From Bdellovibrionota bacterium (GTDB taxonomy: Bacteria; Bdellovibrionota; UBA1018; UBA923), in NCBI GenBank assembly GCA_040754655.1, contig JBFMCE010000007.1, positions 1 through 56,512 on the forward strand: a stretch of 56,512 nucleotides of DNA, given 5' to 3'. The notes beneath the pieces were generated by a model. That model had not been told where the DNA came from. It worked only from the letters and a program-made list of their open reading frames with translations, and ran no database searches. Shown one piece after another: positions 9,466-22,968 of this stretch. Made by a program: the position numbers and the translations under genes. The number at the start of each line of letters is the position of its first letter. Positions within the stretch are counted from its first letter, which is position 1.

Positions 9466-10579
9466 GAGGAGCGTGTTTCTTGAGCTCTTCCAAGAACTCC
9501 AGCTGAAAGCGTTGACGAGTGAATTGCCGTCCCTGCTTGCGACAGGCTTCAGAGTCAAAAGCAGTGCGCTCAAATTCTTCGATTGCTGCAATCAAGGCTT
9601 CTGGAGTGGGTTCGTGAAAGAAAACTCCGGTTTCAGGGGTGACCGTCTCCAAAAGTCCACCCGCACCAAATGCAATCACAGGAGCGCCCGCGGCCATCGC
9701 CTCGATCGGAACGATTCCAAAGTCTTCGACTCCCGGAAACACAAGAGCGCGACATTTTGAATAGAGATCTGCAATTGAACTCGCCCGTAACGAGCCCACA
9801 AAATCGATCGTAGGTCCTGCCATCTTTTGAAGCCTCTCTTTATCGGGGCCGTCTCCGACGATAAGCAGAGGCTTTTTCATTTGATTGAAGGCTTTTATGG
9901 CGAGGTCTACCCGTTTGTATTGCACAAGCGCTGTGACCATCAAGTAAGACCGGCCTGGCTTGCGCTCGGCTCGAAATCGATCGACCTCGCAAAAAGGGTA
10001 AACCACCCTCGCCTTTCGCCCGTAATATTGGTCAATCTTCGAGGCGATGAAACTTGAGTTGGCCAGGAAATGATCAACTCTAGTCGCAGATTGCCTGTCC
10101 CAGTTCTGCAAGTACGACCGGAAACCATGTGCCGCCATGCGAGTGACCATCCCGTACCGTCCGGGGGCGAAATACTCATCAAACCGGTCCCACATATAGC
10201 GCATCGGCGCATGCACGTAACTTAAGTGAAAGGCTCCTTGCGGCTTACGAATCCCTTTTGCAACGCAATGGGAAGAACTCAGTACGAGATCAAAACCTTC
10301 AAGGTCAAAGCGCTCGATTGCCCAAGGCATCAAGGGCAGCAAATGCCGGTATCGTTTTGTGGCAGAGGGAAACTTCTGCAAGACAGAGACGTTTCGTTTG
10401 AGCCGAATGATGTTTTCAGAAACCTGGCCGGGAACGTAGACTAAAGTAAAAAGCTCGGCGCGCGGGAAGAGCTCGCAGATAGCATCGAGAACGTTTTCGC
10501 CGCCTCTTTGGCTGACCAGCCAATCGTGCACGACCGCGACACGCAAACCAGAACTAGAATTGTATTGGCCCTTGGCCAT
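9407..10579 (-). CDS. GT4 glycosyltransferase (WbaZ-like, probable mannosyltransferase)
   Basis: VAVVHDWL..RGGE, SSSHCVAKG, KRVDLAI, EDFGIVPIEAMAAGAPVIA. Confidence 0.9.
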   Translation of the reverse strand: MAKGQYNSSSGLRVAVVHDWLVSQRGGENVLDAICELFPRAELFTLVYVPGQVSENIIRLKRNVSVLQKFPSATKRYRHLLPLMPWAIERFDLEGFDLVLSSSHCVAKGIRKPQGAFHLSYVHAPMRYMWDRFDEYFAPGRYGMVTRMAAHGFRSYLQNWDRQSATRVDHFLANSSFIASKIDQYYGRKARVVYPFCEVDRFRAERKPGRSYLMVTALVQYKRVDLAIKAFNQMKKPLLIVGDGPDKERLQKMAGPTIDFVGSLRASSIADLYSKCRALVFPGVEDFGIVPIEAMAAGAPVIAFGAGGLLETVTPETGVFFHEPTPEALIAAIEEFERTAFDSEACRKQGRQFTRQRFQLEFLEELKKHAPPRIASSLKIADNVLQPALV

Positions 10580-10588
10580 TTCACGACC

Positions 10589-11533
10589 TCAAAGCTTGGT
10601 TTTAAAGTATTCTAGAGTCTTCTGAATACCGCTCATCAAACTGACTTTGGGCTCCCAATTCAAAAGTTTTCGCGCACGCGTGATGTCGGGACGTCTCTGC
10701 TTCGGATCATCTTCATGCAAGAGAGGACGATGCTCGATAGCGCTTCTCGCGCCTGGGACAGCTTCCAGAATGAATTTCGCAAAATCGATGATTTTATACT
10801 CGTCAGGGTTTCCGATATTCACGGGGTCGTGAACCTCAGAGGCAGCAAGGCGCATAATGCCTTCCACGAGGTCATCCACAAAACAAAACGACCGTGTTTG
10901 CGAACCATTGCCATAAACGGTCAAAGGTTGGCCTCGAAGAGCTTGGCCGCAAAAGTTCGGCACGACTCGGCCATCGTCAAGCCGCATGCGAGGTCCGTAG
11001 GTATTGAAGATGCGCACGATTCCGGTATTCACATTGAACTTGCGCAAATAAACCATCGTAGCGGCTTCCGCAAAACGCTTTGTTTCATCGTAACAAGAAC
11101 GAAGCCCGTTAGGATTGACATTGCCCCAGTAATCTTCGGTCTGCGGATGCACCAGAGGGTCTCCGTAAACCTCAGAAGTGCTGGCCAATAAAAAGCGCGA
11201 GCCATACTGCCGGGCAAGCTCGAGAAACTGCAGCGTTCCATACGAGTCGACCTTGAGGATCTCAACGGGAATGCGGGTAAAATCAACTGGGCTGGCAGGG
11301 CAAGCGAAATGCAAGATCAAATCTGGCCGGCCCCAATCCAGCTCTGGCAGAGGTTCTGAAACATCATGCTCAATGAACGTGAAATCCTTGTTATGAAACA
11401 GATGTTTGATGTTCTCGCGCGATCCCGTCACCAAATTGTCAACGACGACGACCTTGTCGCCTCGACCTAGATAGCGCTCACACAAATGTGAACCGATGAA
11501 TCCAGCTCCGCCCGTGATTACTACATTCGCCAT
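10589..11533 (-). CDS. UDP-glucuronate decarboxylase (UDP-xylose synthase) family SDR
   Basis: [66 protein letters not shown]. Confidence 0.92.
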   Translation of the reverse strand: MANVVITGGAGFIGSHLCERYLGRGDKVVVVDNLVTGSRENIKHLFHNKDFTFIEHDVSEPLPELDWGRPDLILHFACPASPVDFTRIPVEILKVDSYGTLQFLELARQYGSRFLLASTSEVYGDPLVHPQTEDYWGNVNPNGLRSCYDETKRFAEAATMVYLRKFNVNTGIVRIFNTYGPRMRLDDGRVVPNFCGQALRGQPLTVYGNGSQTRSFCFVDDLVEGIMRLAASEVHDPVNIGNPDEYKIIDFAKFILEAVPGARSAIEHRPLLHEDDPKQRRPDITRARKLLNWEPKVSLMSGIQKTLEYFKTKL

Positions 11534-11537
11534 TTCA

Positions 11538-12656
11538 CTAACCTCTCAATGCCTCTCGATAAACTGCTTGTACTTGCTCTGCTCTCGCTTTGAAAGAGTA
11601 ACGATCGCTCACGAGCCGGAATTTTTCAAGAACAGACCGCCTGAGCGGCTCTCCCCCCTCTGACACCGCGCTTAGAGCCCGAGAAAGAGACTCGACCGCC
11701 GTCGGGTCGAAAAATAGGGAATCGGGCAGGATGTCTTTCAAGACCTCGCGATGAGGCAAGATGTCAGAAACGACCGGAATGCTCCCGATGGCAAGCGCCT
11801 CGATGGGTGGCAAGCTAAAACCTTCGTAAAGAGACGGAACGATCAGGGCCTCGCTCGCGGCGTACAAGGGCCTGAGCCAAACATCTTCAACAACACCCAG
11901 ATGCCTGAGATTCCCTTCATCTTTCCGTGAGATCGTGAAAACCCATTGCTCGCTCTCGCGCCATTGCGCCGCCGCTTTGAAGACCAATTGAATATTCTTG
12001 TTGGTTTTTTCCGAGGTCACGCAAAGGAAGTACTTGCCCCGCAACCGAAACCGCTCTCGCATGGCCTCGATTTCTTTTTCATTCACTCTTTCGGCGTACC
12101 AAGGATCAACCGCGTTGGTGATCACTCGGATCTTAGGGCGCGAGATATTGAAATTTGCCTCAACTTCGTCGGCGAGCGACTGACTCACCGTCACGATCAA
12201 TCGCGAGCGTTTGAAGAGGCGCTTGAGCCATTCCACCGGCGGACTCTCATCGAACCTCAGCGCCGCAAGCTCATGAATCGTCGTTACCACCGGCACCTGA
12301 GCCGTCCACACCCCCGAGGTTCCAACGTCATGAAAGAGATCCGCTTTATTGACCTTGAGCAACCAGGGAATCTCGACCTCTTCCAAGATATTCCCAGGCA
12401 TCGATACTGACTTGATCCACTGGAACCTGCTGCGAAACGCCCCGCCAGAGCGTTCCACCAGTTTGCGAGCCAGAGGATTGCTGTAAATCACCAAGAATTC
12501 GAGATCCGACTCAAGGCAGCTGAATCCCAATAAAAGGTTCAAGACATGTCTTCCCATGCCTTGTAACTTCGGCTGCACTGCGCGCGCGTCAATTGCTATT
12601 CTCACTGGCGATCCTGCCTCATTTTCGAGTAACGACACCCTTTTTCCACCGGGCAC
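11538..12656 (-). CDS. GT4 glycosyltransferase
   Basis: IAIDAR, TTIHE, ITVSQ-like segment, [19 protein letters not shown] motif. Confidence 0.85.
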   Translation of the reverse strand: MPGGKRVSLLENEAGSPVRIAIDARAVQPKLQGMGRHVLNLLLGFSCLESDLEFLVIYSNPLARKLVERSGGAFRSRFQWIKSVSMPGNILEEVEIPWLLKVNKADLFHDVGTSGVWTAQVPVVTTIHELAALRFDESPPVEWLKRLFKRSRLIVTVSQSLADEVEANFNISRPKIRVITNAVDPWYAERVNEKEIEAMRERFRLRGKYFLCVTSEKTNKNIQLVFKAAAQWRESEQWVFTISRKDEGNLRHLGVVEDVWLRPLYAASEALIVPSLYEGFSLPPIEALAIGSIPVVSDILPHREVLKDILPDSLFFDPTAVESLSRALSAVSEGGEPLRRSVLEKFRLVSDRYSFKARAEQVQAVYREALRG

Positions 12657-13504
12657 CGCTCACAAATGGATTGTACGTATTTTCTTTTGCAGATGTCGAG
12701 GATCCCAAGCCTCGCTAATGCAAAATCATAGCACACAGGATCGAGCGGATTCACCTTCTTAAGTTCTTGGGTGATTTCCCGGGCCATTTTCCAATTGGGC
12801 GCCTGCAATTCTTTGCCCCCTCGCAAATAAAGATAATACGAAATCCGTGCCACATGAGTGTCCACGGGAATGACGAGCTGCTCAGGCCTCATCCAGTCCC
12901 AAACGCCAATGTCGATTTCATCCCTGCGCACCATCCAGCGCATGAACATCACGGTGCGTTTGCAAGCACTGCCGTCTGCCGGAGAGTTGAAGAAAAACCT
13001 CATCCCCCTCGCAAGCTCGGGTTTTGCCCGCTTTTCGATCTGGCGCATCGAGCGCTCCCTAAACCAAAGCGCCGCACCGTGAAGAACCTGTTCGAAAGGA
13101 TCTTGTGAAAAATCCTTATCTCTTTGGCTTAAAAACAACCCTCCCAAAGAACCTTGTTCGTCTAATGCTTCCTTTAAAACCTGAACCAAAATTTCGACGT
13201 GTTCTTCGGTATGAAATCGGTGGTAGAATCCAGGCCAGGCTTTTTGCCCTTTGTAGTTCCTGACAAACTTGGCCGGGCTATCTCCCATCGCTGAAAGAAT
13301 GCGCGCAACGGCCCGATGCACGAGTTTTACGGAACCGTAAGCAAAACAAGAGGCGAGATAACCTGCAATTTCTTGGTCTTCAACTCGGGAATAACGATGG
13401 ACGTATTGCACAGGATCAGACACAATCCAATGAGGCTGATGAAACTGCTCGAGAAGCTGAGTCAAAAATTTGTTCTTGTCTTGATTTGCCTGCTGTCTTT
13501 TCAT
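12602..13504 (-). CDS. TIGR02757/DUF2400-like protein (HhH-GPD-related)
   Basis: SDPVQYVHRY, DQEIAG..AYG, SACKR..MFMRWMVR..IDIGVW, IPVDTHV, DPVCYDFAL, C-terminal Cys cluster; ATG at 13504 preferred. Confidence 0.85.
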   Translation of the reverse strand: MKRQQANQDKNKFLTQLLEQFHQPHWIVSDPVQYVHRYSRVEDQEIAGYLASCFAYGSVKLVHRAVARILSAMGDSPAKFVRNYKGQKAWPGFYHRFHTEEHVEILVQVLKEALDEQGSLGGLFLSQRDKDFSQDPFEQVLHGAALWFRERSMRQIEKRAKPELARGMRFFFNSPADGSACKRTVMFMRWMVRRDEIDIGVWDWMRPEQLVIPVDTHVARISYYLYLRGGKELQAPNWKMAREITQELKKVNPLDPVCYDFALARLGILDICKRKYVQSICERCPVEKGCRYSKMRQDRQ

Positions 13505-14014
13505 AATCCCACACTCGCACAAGATACGGCAGCCGACTCCCTTTTTAACCCCGACAGCACTTGTTCCCGCCTTTTCATTTACCGCAATCGCACCTACCCC
13601 GTCGACTCTAGTCGTAAAGCTGACGCCGAGGGTCTACGCTTTTTATTAAAGAAAGTCCCCCAAAGCGAAGAACTTTTGAATGATTACCAAGGACGCCTCA
13701 AAACTTCCTTGATCCCAGCTTACGTAGGCACTTTCGGAGGATTGCTTGTCTTGGGCGGCGGCATCATTTACTCGGATAATGTGCCTTCCAACGTAGGCAG
13801 GCGCGACACAAGATACGCTTTCATGCTTTCGGGCTTGTTTTTGGTGCTCGCTGGCTATGGATATGGCCAATATGCACTCAAAGAAAAAGAGAAAGCACTG
13901 GAAAAAGCGGTAAAAATCTACAATGACTCGGTGCCAGCCCCAGAACGGGTTCGCGTCACCGTGACTCCAACCGGTGATGGCGGCGGGGAGATCAAGACCG
14001 AAGTGCCTTTTTAG
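13430..14014 (+). CDS. Hypothetical exported/membrane protein
   Basis: Signal-like N-terminus (…FVLVLICLLSFHNPTLA|Q), two Gly-rich hydrophobic segments, C-terminal aromatic residue; start uncertain. Confidence 0.6.
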   Translation: MRLMKLLEKLSQKFVLVLICLLSFHNPTLAQDTAADSLFNPDSTCSRLFIYRNRTYPVDSSRKADAEGLRFLLKKVPQSEELLNDYQGRLKTSLIPAYVGTFGGLLVLGGGIIYSDNVPSNVGRRDTRYAFMLSGLFLVLAGYGYGQYALKEKEKALEKAVKIYNDSVPAPERVRVTVTPTGDGGGEIKTEVPF

Positions 14015-14130
14015 AAAGCTTGGTCCCGGGCACCAATCGCATATCTTCAGCGATTTTCCAGATTGAAGACTAGATCCCGCTTTCAAAACGTTGTAGAAAT
14101 ATTCTGTTTGGAAACAACGTTGAGGTAGAA

Positions 14131-17416
<3,286 letters not shown>

Positions 17417-17433
<17 letters not shown>

Positions 17434-17707
17434 GTGCAATCAGGAACTCAGACTTGAGACTGACTTTGGTCGGCAAGACACGTGCCCTGGATGCGGCCGA
17501 GCCACGCGATGCTGCCTCAACTGCTTGCACTACGATCCTTCCCGCTATAATGAATGCAGTGAGCCGGTAGCTGATCGTGTCGTAGACAAGGAGAAGTCCA
17601 CGTTTTGCGATTATTTCAAGCCCTCGAACAAACAGAAAACAGGCGGGCTTAGCGCAAAGGAACAAGCCTTAAAAGCAGCGGAAGCTCTTTTCAAGAAGGG
17701 AAAGTGA
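17417..17707 (+). CDS. Small Cys-rich putative Zn-binding protein
   Basis: RBS AAGGAG at 17401; [25 protein letters not shown]; ends AAEALFKK. Confidence 0.75.
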
Positions 17708-18130
17708 ATGGCGGCGCATGAAAGCTTAGTGCAGACTCACGATATCAAGACGTCCACAGATCGAAGCTTTGGCCTCGTGTTTGCGGCCGTATTCGCGCTT
17801 GTCGGCGTGTGGCCGCTGTTTGCGGGCCGGTCCATGCGCGAGTGGGCTTTCATAGTGGCTGGCGCGTTTTTTGTGGTGGCCCTCACGCGTCCCGTTCTTT
17901 TGCGTCAACTCAACAAATTGTGGACTCGCTTCGGGTTTTTGCTTCAGAAAATCACAAACCCCATTGTCATGGGCGTCTTGTTTTATGTTTTAGTGACCCC
18001 AGTCGCGCTGGTCTTAAGAGTGCTCGGAAAAGATCCGCTGAAACGAAGCTTTGATAAGCAGGCTAAGAGTTATTGGGTGAAGCATCAGACGCTGGGCACG
18101 CCAAAACAAACGATGCGCAACCAATTTTAG
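17708..18130 (+). CDS. SxtJ-family membrane protein
   Basis: DRSFGLVFA, LNKLWTRFG..L, NPIVMGVLFY..VTP, GKDPL, SYW, MRNQF terminus. Confidence 0.85.
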   Translation: MAAHESLVQTHDIKTSTDRSFGLVFAAVFALVGVWPLFAGRSMREWAFIVAGAFFVVALTRPVLLRQLNKLWTRFGFLLQKITNPIVMGVLFYVLVTPVALVLRVLGKDPLKRSFDKQAKSYWVKHQTLGTPKQTMRNQF

Positions 18131-18155
18131 AGAGAGTGAGATAAAGAGAAAAACC

Positions 18156-18305
18156 ATGGGATTCTTAGGCGAGCTCTGGATGTTCATGAAAGCGCGAAAA
18201 AAGCTTTGGCTTTTTCCGTTAATTTTAACGATGGCTTTGATCGGCGGGTTAATGGTCATGACCAGCGGCTCTGCAGTCGCGCCGTTCATCTACACCCTCT
18301 TTTAA
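18156..18305 (+). CDS. SxtK-like (DUF5989) small membrane protein, absent from the ORF track
   Basis: Translated by hand: MGFLGELWMFMKARKKLWLFPLILTMALIGGLMVMTSGSAVAPFIYTLF* (49 aa), with the characteristic RKK.WL.P and APFIYTLF. Confidence 0.88.
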   Translation: MGFLGELWMFMKARKKLWLFPLILTMALIGGLMVMTSGSAVAPFIYTLF

Positions 18306-18317
18306 GGCGGCTCGCGA

Positions 18318-20156
18318 ATGAAAATACTGGGCATTTCCGCATTTTATCATGATAGCGCCGCCGCATTGGTCGAAGACGGCCGTATCGTCGCCGCGGCTCA
18401 AGAAGAACGCTTCACGCGGAAAAAGCACGATTCCAGTTATCCAAAGAACGCGATTGATTACTGCCTTGCCCGGGCTAACGCAAAACTCACGGATATTGAT
18501 CACATCGCTTTTTACGACAAACCTTTTTTGAAGTTTGAACGGCTGCTTGAAACCTATCTCGCTTTCGCGCCCAAAGGTTTTCTTTCCTTCAAAACAGCAA
18601 TGCCGATTTGGTTTCGCGACAAACTTTTTCAAAAGAACCTTTTGCGAAAAGAGTTCAAGAAAAATCAACCCGACTTTGATTGGGATTCAAAGCTTCTTTT
18701 CTCAGAGCATCACCTGAGCCATGCCGCTAGCGCTTTCTTTCCGTCGCCGTTTAAACGCGCGGCTGTTCTCACCATGGATGGGGTTGGCGAGTGGGCCACG
18801 ACGTCTCTGGGGCTTGGGGATGACAACCATCTTGAGATGCTCAAGGAAATCCATTTTCCGCATTCTTTAGGATTGTTGTATTCGGCCTTCACCTACTACA
18901 CCGGCTTTAAAGTGAATTCGGGAGAGTACAAAGTCATGGGACTTGCCCCGTACGGCCAACCGCGCTTTGCGCAGCTGATCCTCGACCATCTGATCGACCT
19001 CAAGGAGGATGGCTCGTTTAGGCTCAACCAAGATTACTTTGATTACTGCACCGGCTTAAAGATGACGAATGGCAAGTTTGCCGATCTTTTCGGCGGTCCC
19101 GCGAGAAAAGCTGAGGAAAAGCTCAACCAACGCCACATGGACCTTGCAGCTTCGATCCAACACGTCACCGAAGAAGTGGTCTTAAGGCTGACGCGTTCAA
19201 TCGCCAAAGAAACGAACACCGAAAATCTTTGCCTGGCGGGAGGCGTTGCCTTGAACTGCGTGGCAAATGGCAAGATCTTGCGCGATGGGAAGTTTAAAAA
19301 AATCTGGATCCAACCCGCAGCTGGCGACGCAGGCGGATCGCTCGGAGCAGCGCTTGCCGCTTATTACCTCTACAACCAAAAGGAACGAAGGCCCAATGCC
19401 TCTGGCCCAGATGCCATGCAGGGATCGTACCTTGGACCTGAATTCGCCCAAGATGAGATTGAACGAAGGCTTACGAAAGTGGGCGCCAAATTCCGCGTTT
19501 TCTCGGACGATCAACTCATCGAGAACTGCGCCACGGCGCTTGCCTCAGGAAAAGCCCTGGGGTGGTTTCAAGGACGGATGGAGTTTGGCCCGCGCGCCCT
19601 AGGCGGTCGGTCGATCCTCGCTGACGCGCGCTCAACCGCGATGCAGTCGGTACTGAACCTGAAAGTGAAGTACCGAGAATCGTTCAGGCCATTCGCCCCT
19701 TCCGTTTTGAGGGAGGATGTGAAGCAATGGTTCGAGCTCGACGAAGATAGCCCTTACATGCTGGTCGTCGCGGACGTGATTAAAGATCGGCGAAAGCTGA
19801 TGACGAAAGAAGAAGAATCTCTGTTTGGCATCGCCAAGCTCAATGTGCCGCGCTCTGATATCCCCGCGGTCACCCACGTAGATTATTCCGCGCGCATCCA
19901 GACGGTTCATCGGGAAACCAATCCTAAATATCATGCATTGATCTCTTCGTTCAAAAAGCAAACACAGTGCCCAGTGGTGGTGAACACCAGCTTCAATGTT
20001 CGAGGTGAACCCATTGTTTGCACTCCAGAAGACGCTTTTCGATGCTTCATGGGAACAGAAATCGAGGCCCTGGCCGTTGGCAATTGCCTCATGCTCAAGG
20101 AAGAACAAGACGCTTCGCTTAAATTGAACTATAAAGATGCTTTTGAGCTCGACTAA
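18318..20156 (+). CDS. O-carbamoyltransferase (CmcH/NodU/SxtI family)
   Basis: GISAFYHDSAA, EERFTRKKHD, EHHLSHAASAF, DGVGE, GEYKVMGLAPYG, GGVALNC, AGDAG, EFGPRALG, RESFRPFAP, NTSFNVRGEP. Confidence 0.95.
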   Translation: MKILGISAFYHDSAAALVEDGRIVAAAQEERFTRKKHDSSYPKNAIDYCLARANAKLTDIDHIAFYDKPFLKFERLLETYLAFAPKGFLSFKTAMPIWFRDKLFQKNLLRKEFKKNQPDFDWDSKLLFSEHHLSHAASAFFPSPFKRAAVLTMDGVGEWATTSLGLGDDNHLEMLKEIHFPHSLGLLYSAFTYYTGFKVNSGEYKVMGLAPYGQPRFAQLILDHLIDLKEDGSFRLNQDYFDYCTGLKMTNGKFADLFGGPARKAEEKLNQRHMDLAASIQHVTEEVVLRLTRSIAKETNTENLCLAGGVALNCVANGKILRDGKFKKIWIQPAAGDAGGSLGAALAAYYLYNQKERRPNASGPDAMQGSYLGPEFAQDEIERRLTKVGAKFRVFSDDQLIENCATALASGKALGWFQGRMEFGPRALGGRSILADARSTAMQSVLNLKVKYRESFRPFAPSVLREDVKQWFELDEDSPYMLVVADVIKDRRKLMTKEEESLFGIAKLNVPRSDIPAVTHVDYSARIQTVHRETNPKYHALISSFKKQTQCPVVVNTSFNVRGEPIVCTPEDAFRCFMGTEIEALAVGNCLMLKEEQDASLKLNYKDAFELD

Positions 20157-20221
20157 GGAAATTCCCGGGCCGAAAAAACAAGTAAAATATTTCGATCCGA
20201 TATGTTAGAAGAATTTGTATT

Positions 20222-20725
20222 ATGGCGAACGAGTTGGGAAATAAAGGCCTTCCTCAAATGATCCCTATGACTGTTTTGGGCAAGAAAATGCTCGAAGACG
20301 AACTCAAACGTCTTATGACGGTTGAACGTCCAGCGGTGATCAAGGCGATCGAGATTGCGCGTGGCCATGGTGATCTTTCGGAAAATGCCGACTATTCAGC
20401 GGCAAAAGAGCGACAAGGCTTTATCGAGGGCCGTATCCAGGAAATTGGTTCGAAGTTAGCGGCAGCCCAAGTCATCGACCCTACCACGATCAGGTCCGAC
20501 AAGGTGGTTTTTGGCGCAACTGTCGTGCTTGCCGATCAGGAGTCGGGCAAAGAGATGACCTACAAGATCGTTGGCGCGGATGAATCTGACCTCAAGGTGA
20601 ACAAGATTTCCATTAATTCTCCCATCGCACGCGCTCTCATTGGAAAAAAGGGCGGAGATGAGGTGGTGGTAAATGCCCCAAAAGGAGCGATCCGGTACGA
20701 CATTATCGAAGTCCGGTACGAGTAA
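20222..20725 (+). CDS. greA: Transcription elongation factor GreA
   Basis: ARGHGDLSENADYSAAKERQ, IVGADESD, ISINSPIARALIGK. Confidence 0.96.
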   Translation: MANELGNKGLPQMIPMTVLGKKMLEDELKRLMTVERPAVIKAIEIARGHGDLSENADYSAAKERQGFIEGRIQEIGSKLAAAQVIDPTTIRSDKVVFGATVVLADQESGKEMTYKIVGADESDLKVNKISINSPIARALIGKKGGDEVVVNAPKGAIRYDIIEVRYE

Positions 20726-22868
20726 TCGCGTAGTTTCCTCTTCTCTAAATCTTGACACTCCCCTTCAATACCTTAAAGGAGTCGGGCCTAAGCTTGCTTT
20801 GCTCTTTGAAAGCAAAGGAGTGAGCACGATTCGCGATGCCTTGTTTTACTTTCCGAGGGATTATCAAGACCGCTCGACACTCAGGCCCATCTCGTCTGTG
20901 CGGGTAAATGAAACCGTGCTCATCCGCGGCCAAGTGACAGGATACGCTTTCATCCCCATGCGCATGAGAAAGCGTCCGCTGCTCGAAGCTTATGTGTCTG
21001 ATGGAACAGGATTGCTCAGCCTCAAATGGTTTCAGTACAACCGGACATTCCTTGAAACCAAATTGAAAGCCAAACCCTCGCTGATCGCCTATGGGTCGGT
21101 CAGCCAGTTCGGCTCGAGGTTGGGGATGGTTCACCCTGATATCGAATGGGACGCCGAAACTTCAGACGCCTCAGCCAACGAGCGCATTCTGCCGGTTTAT
21201 TCCGAAACTGAAGGCCTGCATCAGAAAACCTTGCGCAAAGTGATCTTGCAAGCTCTCGACGCGGGCCTGCCCTTGCTCGTCGATGACCTTCCCGAGACTG
21301 TTCGTCAACAGCACGGCTTGGCAGAGCTTAAGAAAGCCGTCAAGGCGCTGCATTACCCAGAACGAGGCGTCTCCATTGAAGATCTGCGAGCCTTCAATAC
21401 GACGGAACAACGAAGAATGATCTTTGATGAATTCTTCAAATTCGAATGGGTCGTGGGAAGGCGCAGGCTGCAGGTCCGTCGCGAAAACACCAAACCTTAC
21501 CCGAAAGAAGCTTCGGCGAGGCTTTTTGAAGACCTGAAAAAACGCATCCCTTTTGAAATGACCCAAGACCAACAAACCTCGATCGAAAAAATCTTCGATG
21601 ACCTCTCGCAAGACAAACCCATGAATCGCTTGCTCCAAGGCGACGTGGGATGCGGTAAAACGCTGGTGGCCCTTTCATCGGCGCTTCCAGTGGTCGCCTC
21701 TGGCGGGCAAGTGGCGCTGATGGCTCCGACTGAGATCTTGGCCGAGCAACACCTTGTCAACGCAAGAAAGTATCTCGAAGGACTTGCCTTACCGGATGGG
21801 GCAATCTTGAGCGCAACCCTGCTCTCAGGTTCGACGCCCCGATCAGAGAGAGAAAAAATCCTCGAAGGTTTGAATACGCGAAAAATCCAGCTGCTGATCG
21901 GAACACATGCCTTAATTGAAGATCCCGTTCGATTCGCCGAACTGGGGCTTGTGATCATTGATGAGCAACACCGCTTTGGGGTCGACCAACGCATGCTTTT
22001 GCGCGCCAAGGGGAATAACCCTCACGTGCTTTCGCTCACGGCGACTCCGATCCCGCGCACCCTGGCGCTGACGGCCTACGGTGATCTAGATGTTTCCACG
22101 ATTAAGCAGATGCCCAAAGGCAGGCCCGAAATTCACACGCAGATCGTAAAGAAAGATGAACGAAGCGCCACGCTGGATTTGCTCAAACGTGAATTGACCA
22201 AGGGACGACAGGCTTACATCATTTACCCGCTGGTGGAAGAGTCCGAAAAAATCGATCTCGCAAACGCGATCTCGGCGGCCGAGGAACTTGCAAACGGCCC
22301 CCTCAAAGACTTTCGCGTGGGCCTTCTGCACGGAAGACTCAAGCCCCAGGAAAAAAGCGCCGTCATGGAGTCATTCAAGCGCGGCGAAACCCATGCGCTG
22401 GTTTCGACCACTGTGGTTGAAGTCGGTGTTGACGTGCCCAATGCTACGGTGCTGATCATTGAACATGCCGAGAGGTTCGGACTTTCGCAACTCCACCAAC
22501 TGCGAGGCCGAGTCGGACGAGGCACCGAAACTTCGTATTGCTTTTTGGTCACCGCCGGGGGAGGCGCCGCGGCCCCAAGCTTTGAGCGCCTAAGAGCGAT
22601 GGAAAGAACCAGGGACGGCTTTAAGCTTGCTGAACTTGACTTGCAAATTCGCGGCCCCGGTGAATTCCTAGGAACACGCCAAAGCGGTGAGCTGCAATTT
22701 CGTTTTGCGAGTTTGGTTCGCGATCAATTCATCTTGCAAGAGGCGAGGAAAGCGGCATTTGAACTGCTCATGCACGACCCAGAGCTTGAACGACCTGAGC
22801 ATGCCCCGCTGCGCGCTTATATGCAGCGGCGTGGGCAGATGCAACAGAAGCGTTTTGAAACGGCCTAA
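20673..22868 (+). CDS. recG: ATP-dependent DNA helicase RecG (start uncertain)
   Basis: LKGVGPK, PMNRLLQGDVGCGKT, MAPTEILAEQH, DEQHRFG, TATPIPRT, EVGVDVPNA, QLRGRVGRG, RGPGEFLGTRQSG. Confidence 0.97.
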   Translation: MPQKERSGTTLSKSGTSNRVVSSSLNLDTPLQYLKGVGPKLALLFESKGVSTIRDALFYFPRDYQDRSTLRPISSVRVNETVLIRGQVTGYAFIPMRMRKRPLLEAYVSDGTGLLSLKWFQYNRTFLETKLKAKPSLIAYGSVSQFGSRLGMVHPDIEWDAETSDASANERILPVYSETEGLHQKTLRKVILQALDAGLPLLVDDLPETVRQQHGLAELKKAVKALHYPERGVSIEDLRAFNTTEQRRMIFDEFFKFEWVVGRRRLQVRRENTKPYPKEASARLFEDLKKRIPFEMTQDQQTSIEKIFDDLSQDKPMNRLLQGDVGCGKTLVALSSALPVVASGGQVALMAPTEILAEQHLVNARKYLEGLALPDGAILSATLLSGSTPRSEREKILEGLNTRKIQLLIGTHALIEDPVRFAELGLVIIDEQHRFGVDQRMLLRAKGNNPHVLSLTATPIPRTLALTAYGDLDVSTIKQMPKGRPEIHTQIVKKDERSATLDLLKRELTKGRQAYIIYPLVEESEKIDLANAISAAEELANGPLKDFRVGLLHGRLKPQEKSAVMESFKRGETHALVSTTVVEVGVDVPNATVLIIEHAERFGLSQLHQLRGRVGRGTETSYCFLVTAGGGAAAPSFERLRAMERTRDGFKLAELDLQIRGPGEFLGTRQSGELQFRFASLVRDQFILQEARKAAFELLMHDPELERPEHAPLRAYMQRRGQMQQKRFETA

Positions 22869-22968
22869 CGGAAACGGCCGCGCAACCCCGCGGAACAAGC
22901 TTTTCAACGGAACCTTTTTCATAACGGCTTGCGGCGTTTCCCCTCTCAAGCTAATGTAGCTTCCACCC

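Noticed and set aside
17708..20156. Saxitoxin biosynthesis
   Set aside because: Only sxtI/J/K-like genes are present; no sxtA, sxtG or other core genes, and such triads occur in non-producers.
20154..20212. Two CCGA-containing FliA-like -10 elements before greA
   Set aside because: No -35 element at the 15-nt spacing for either.
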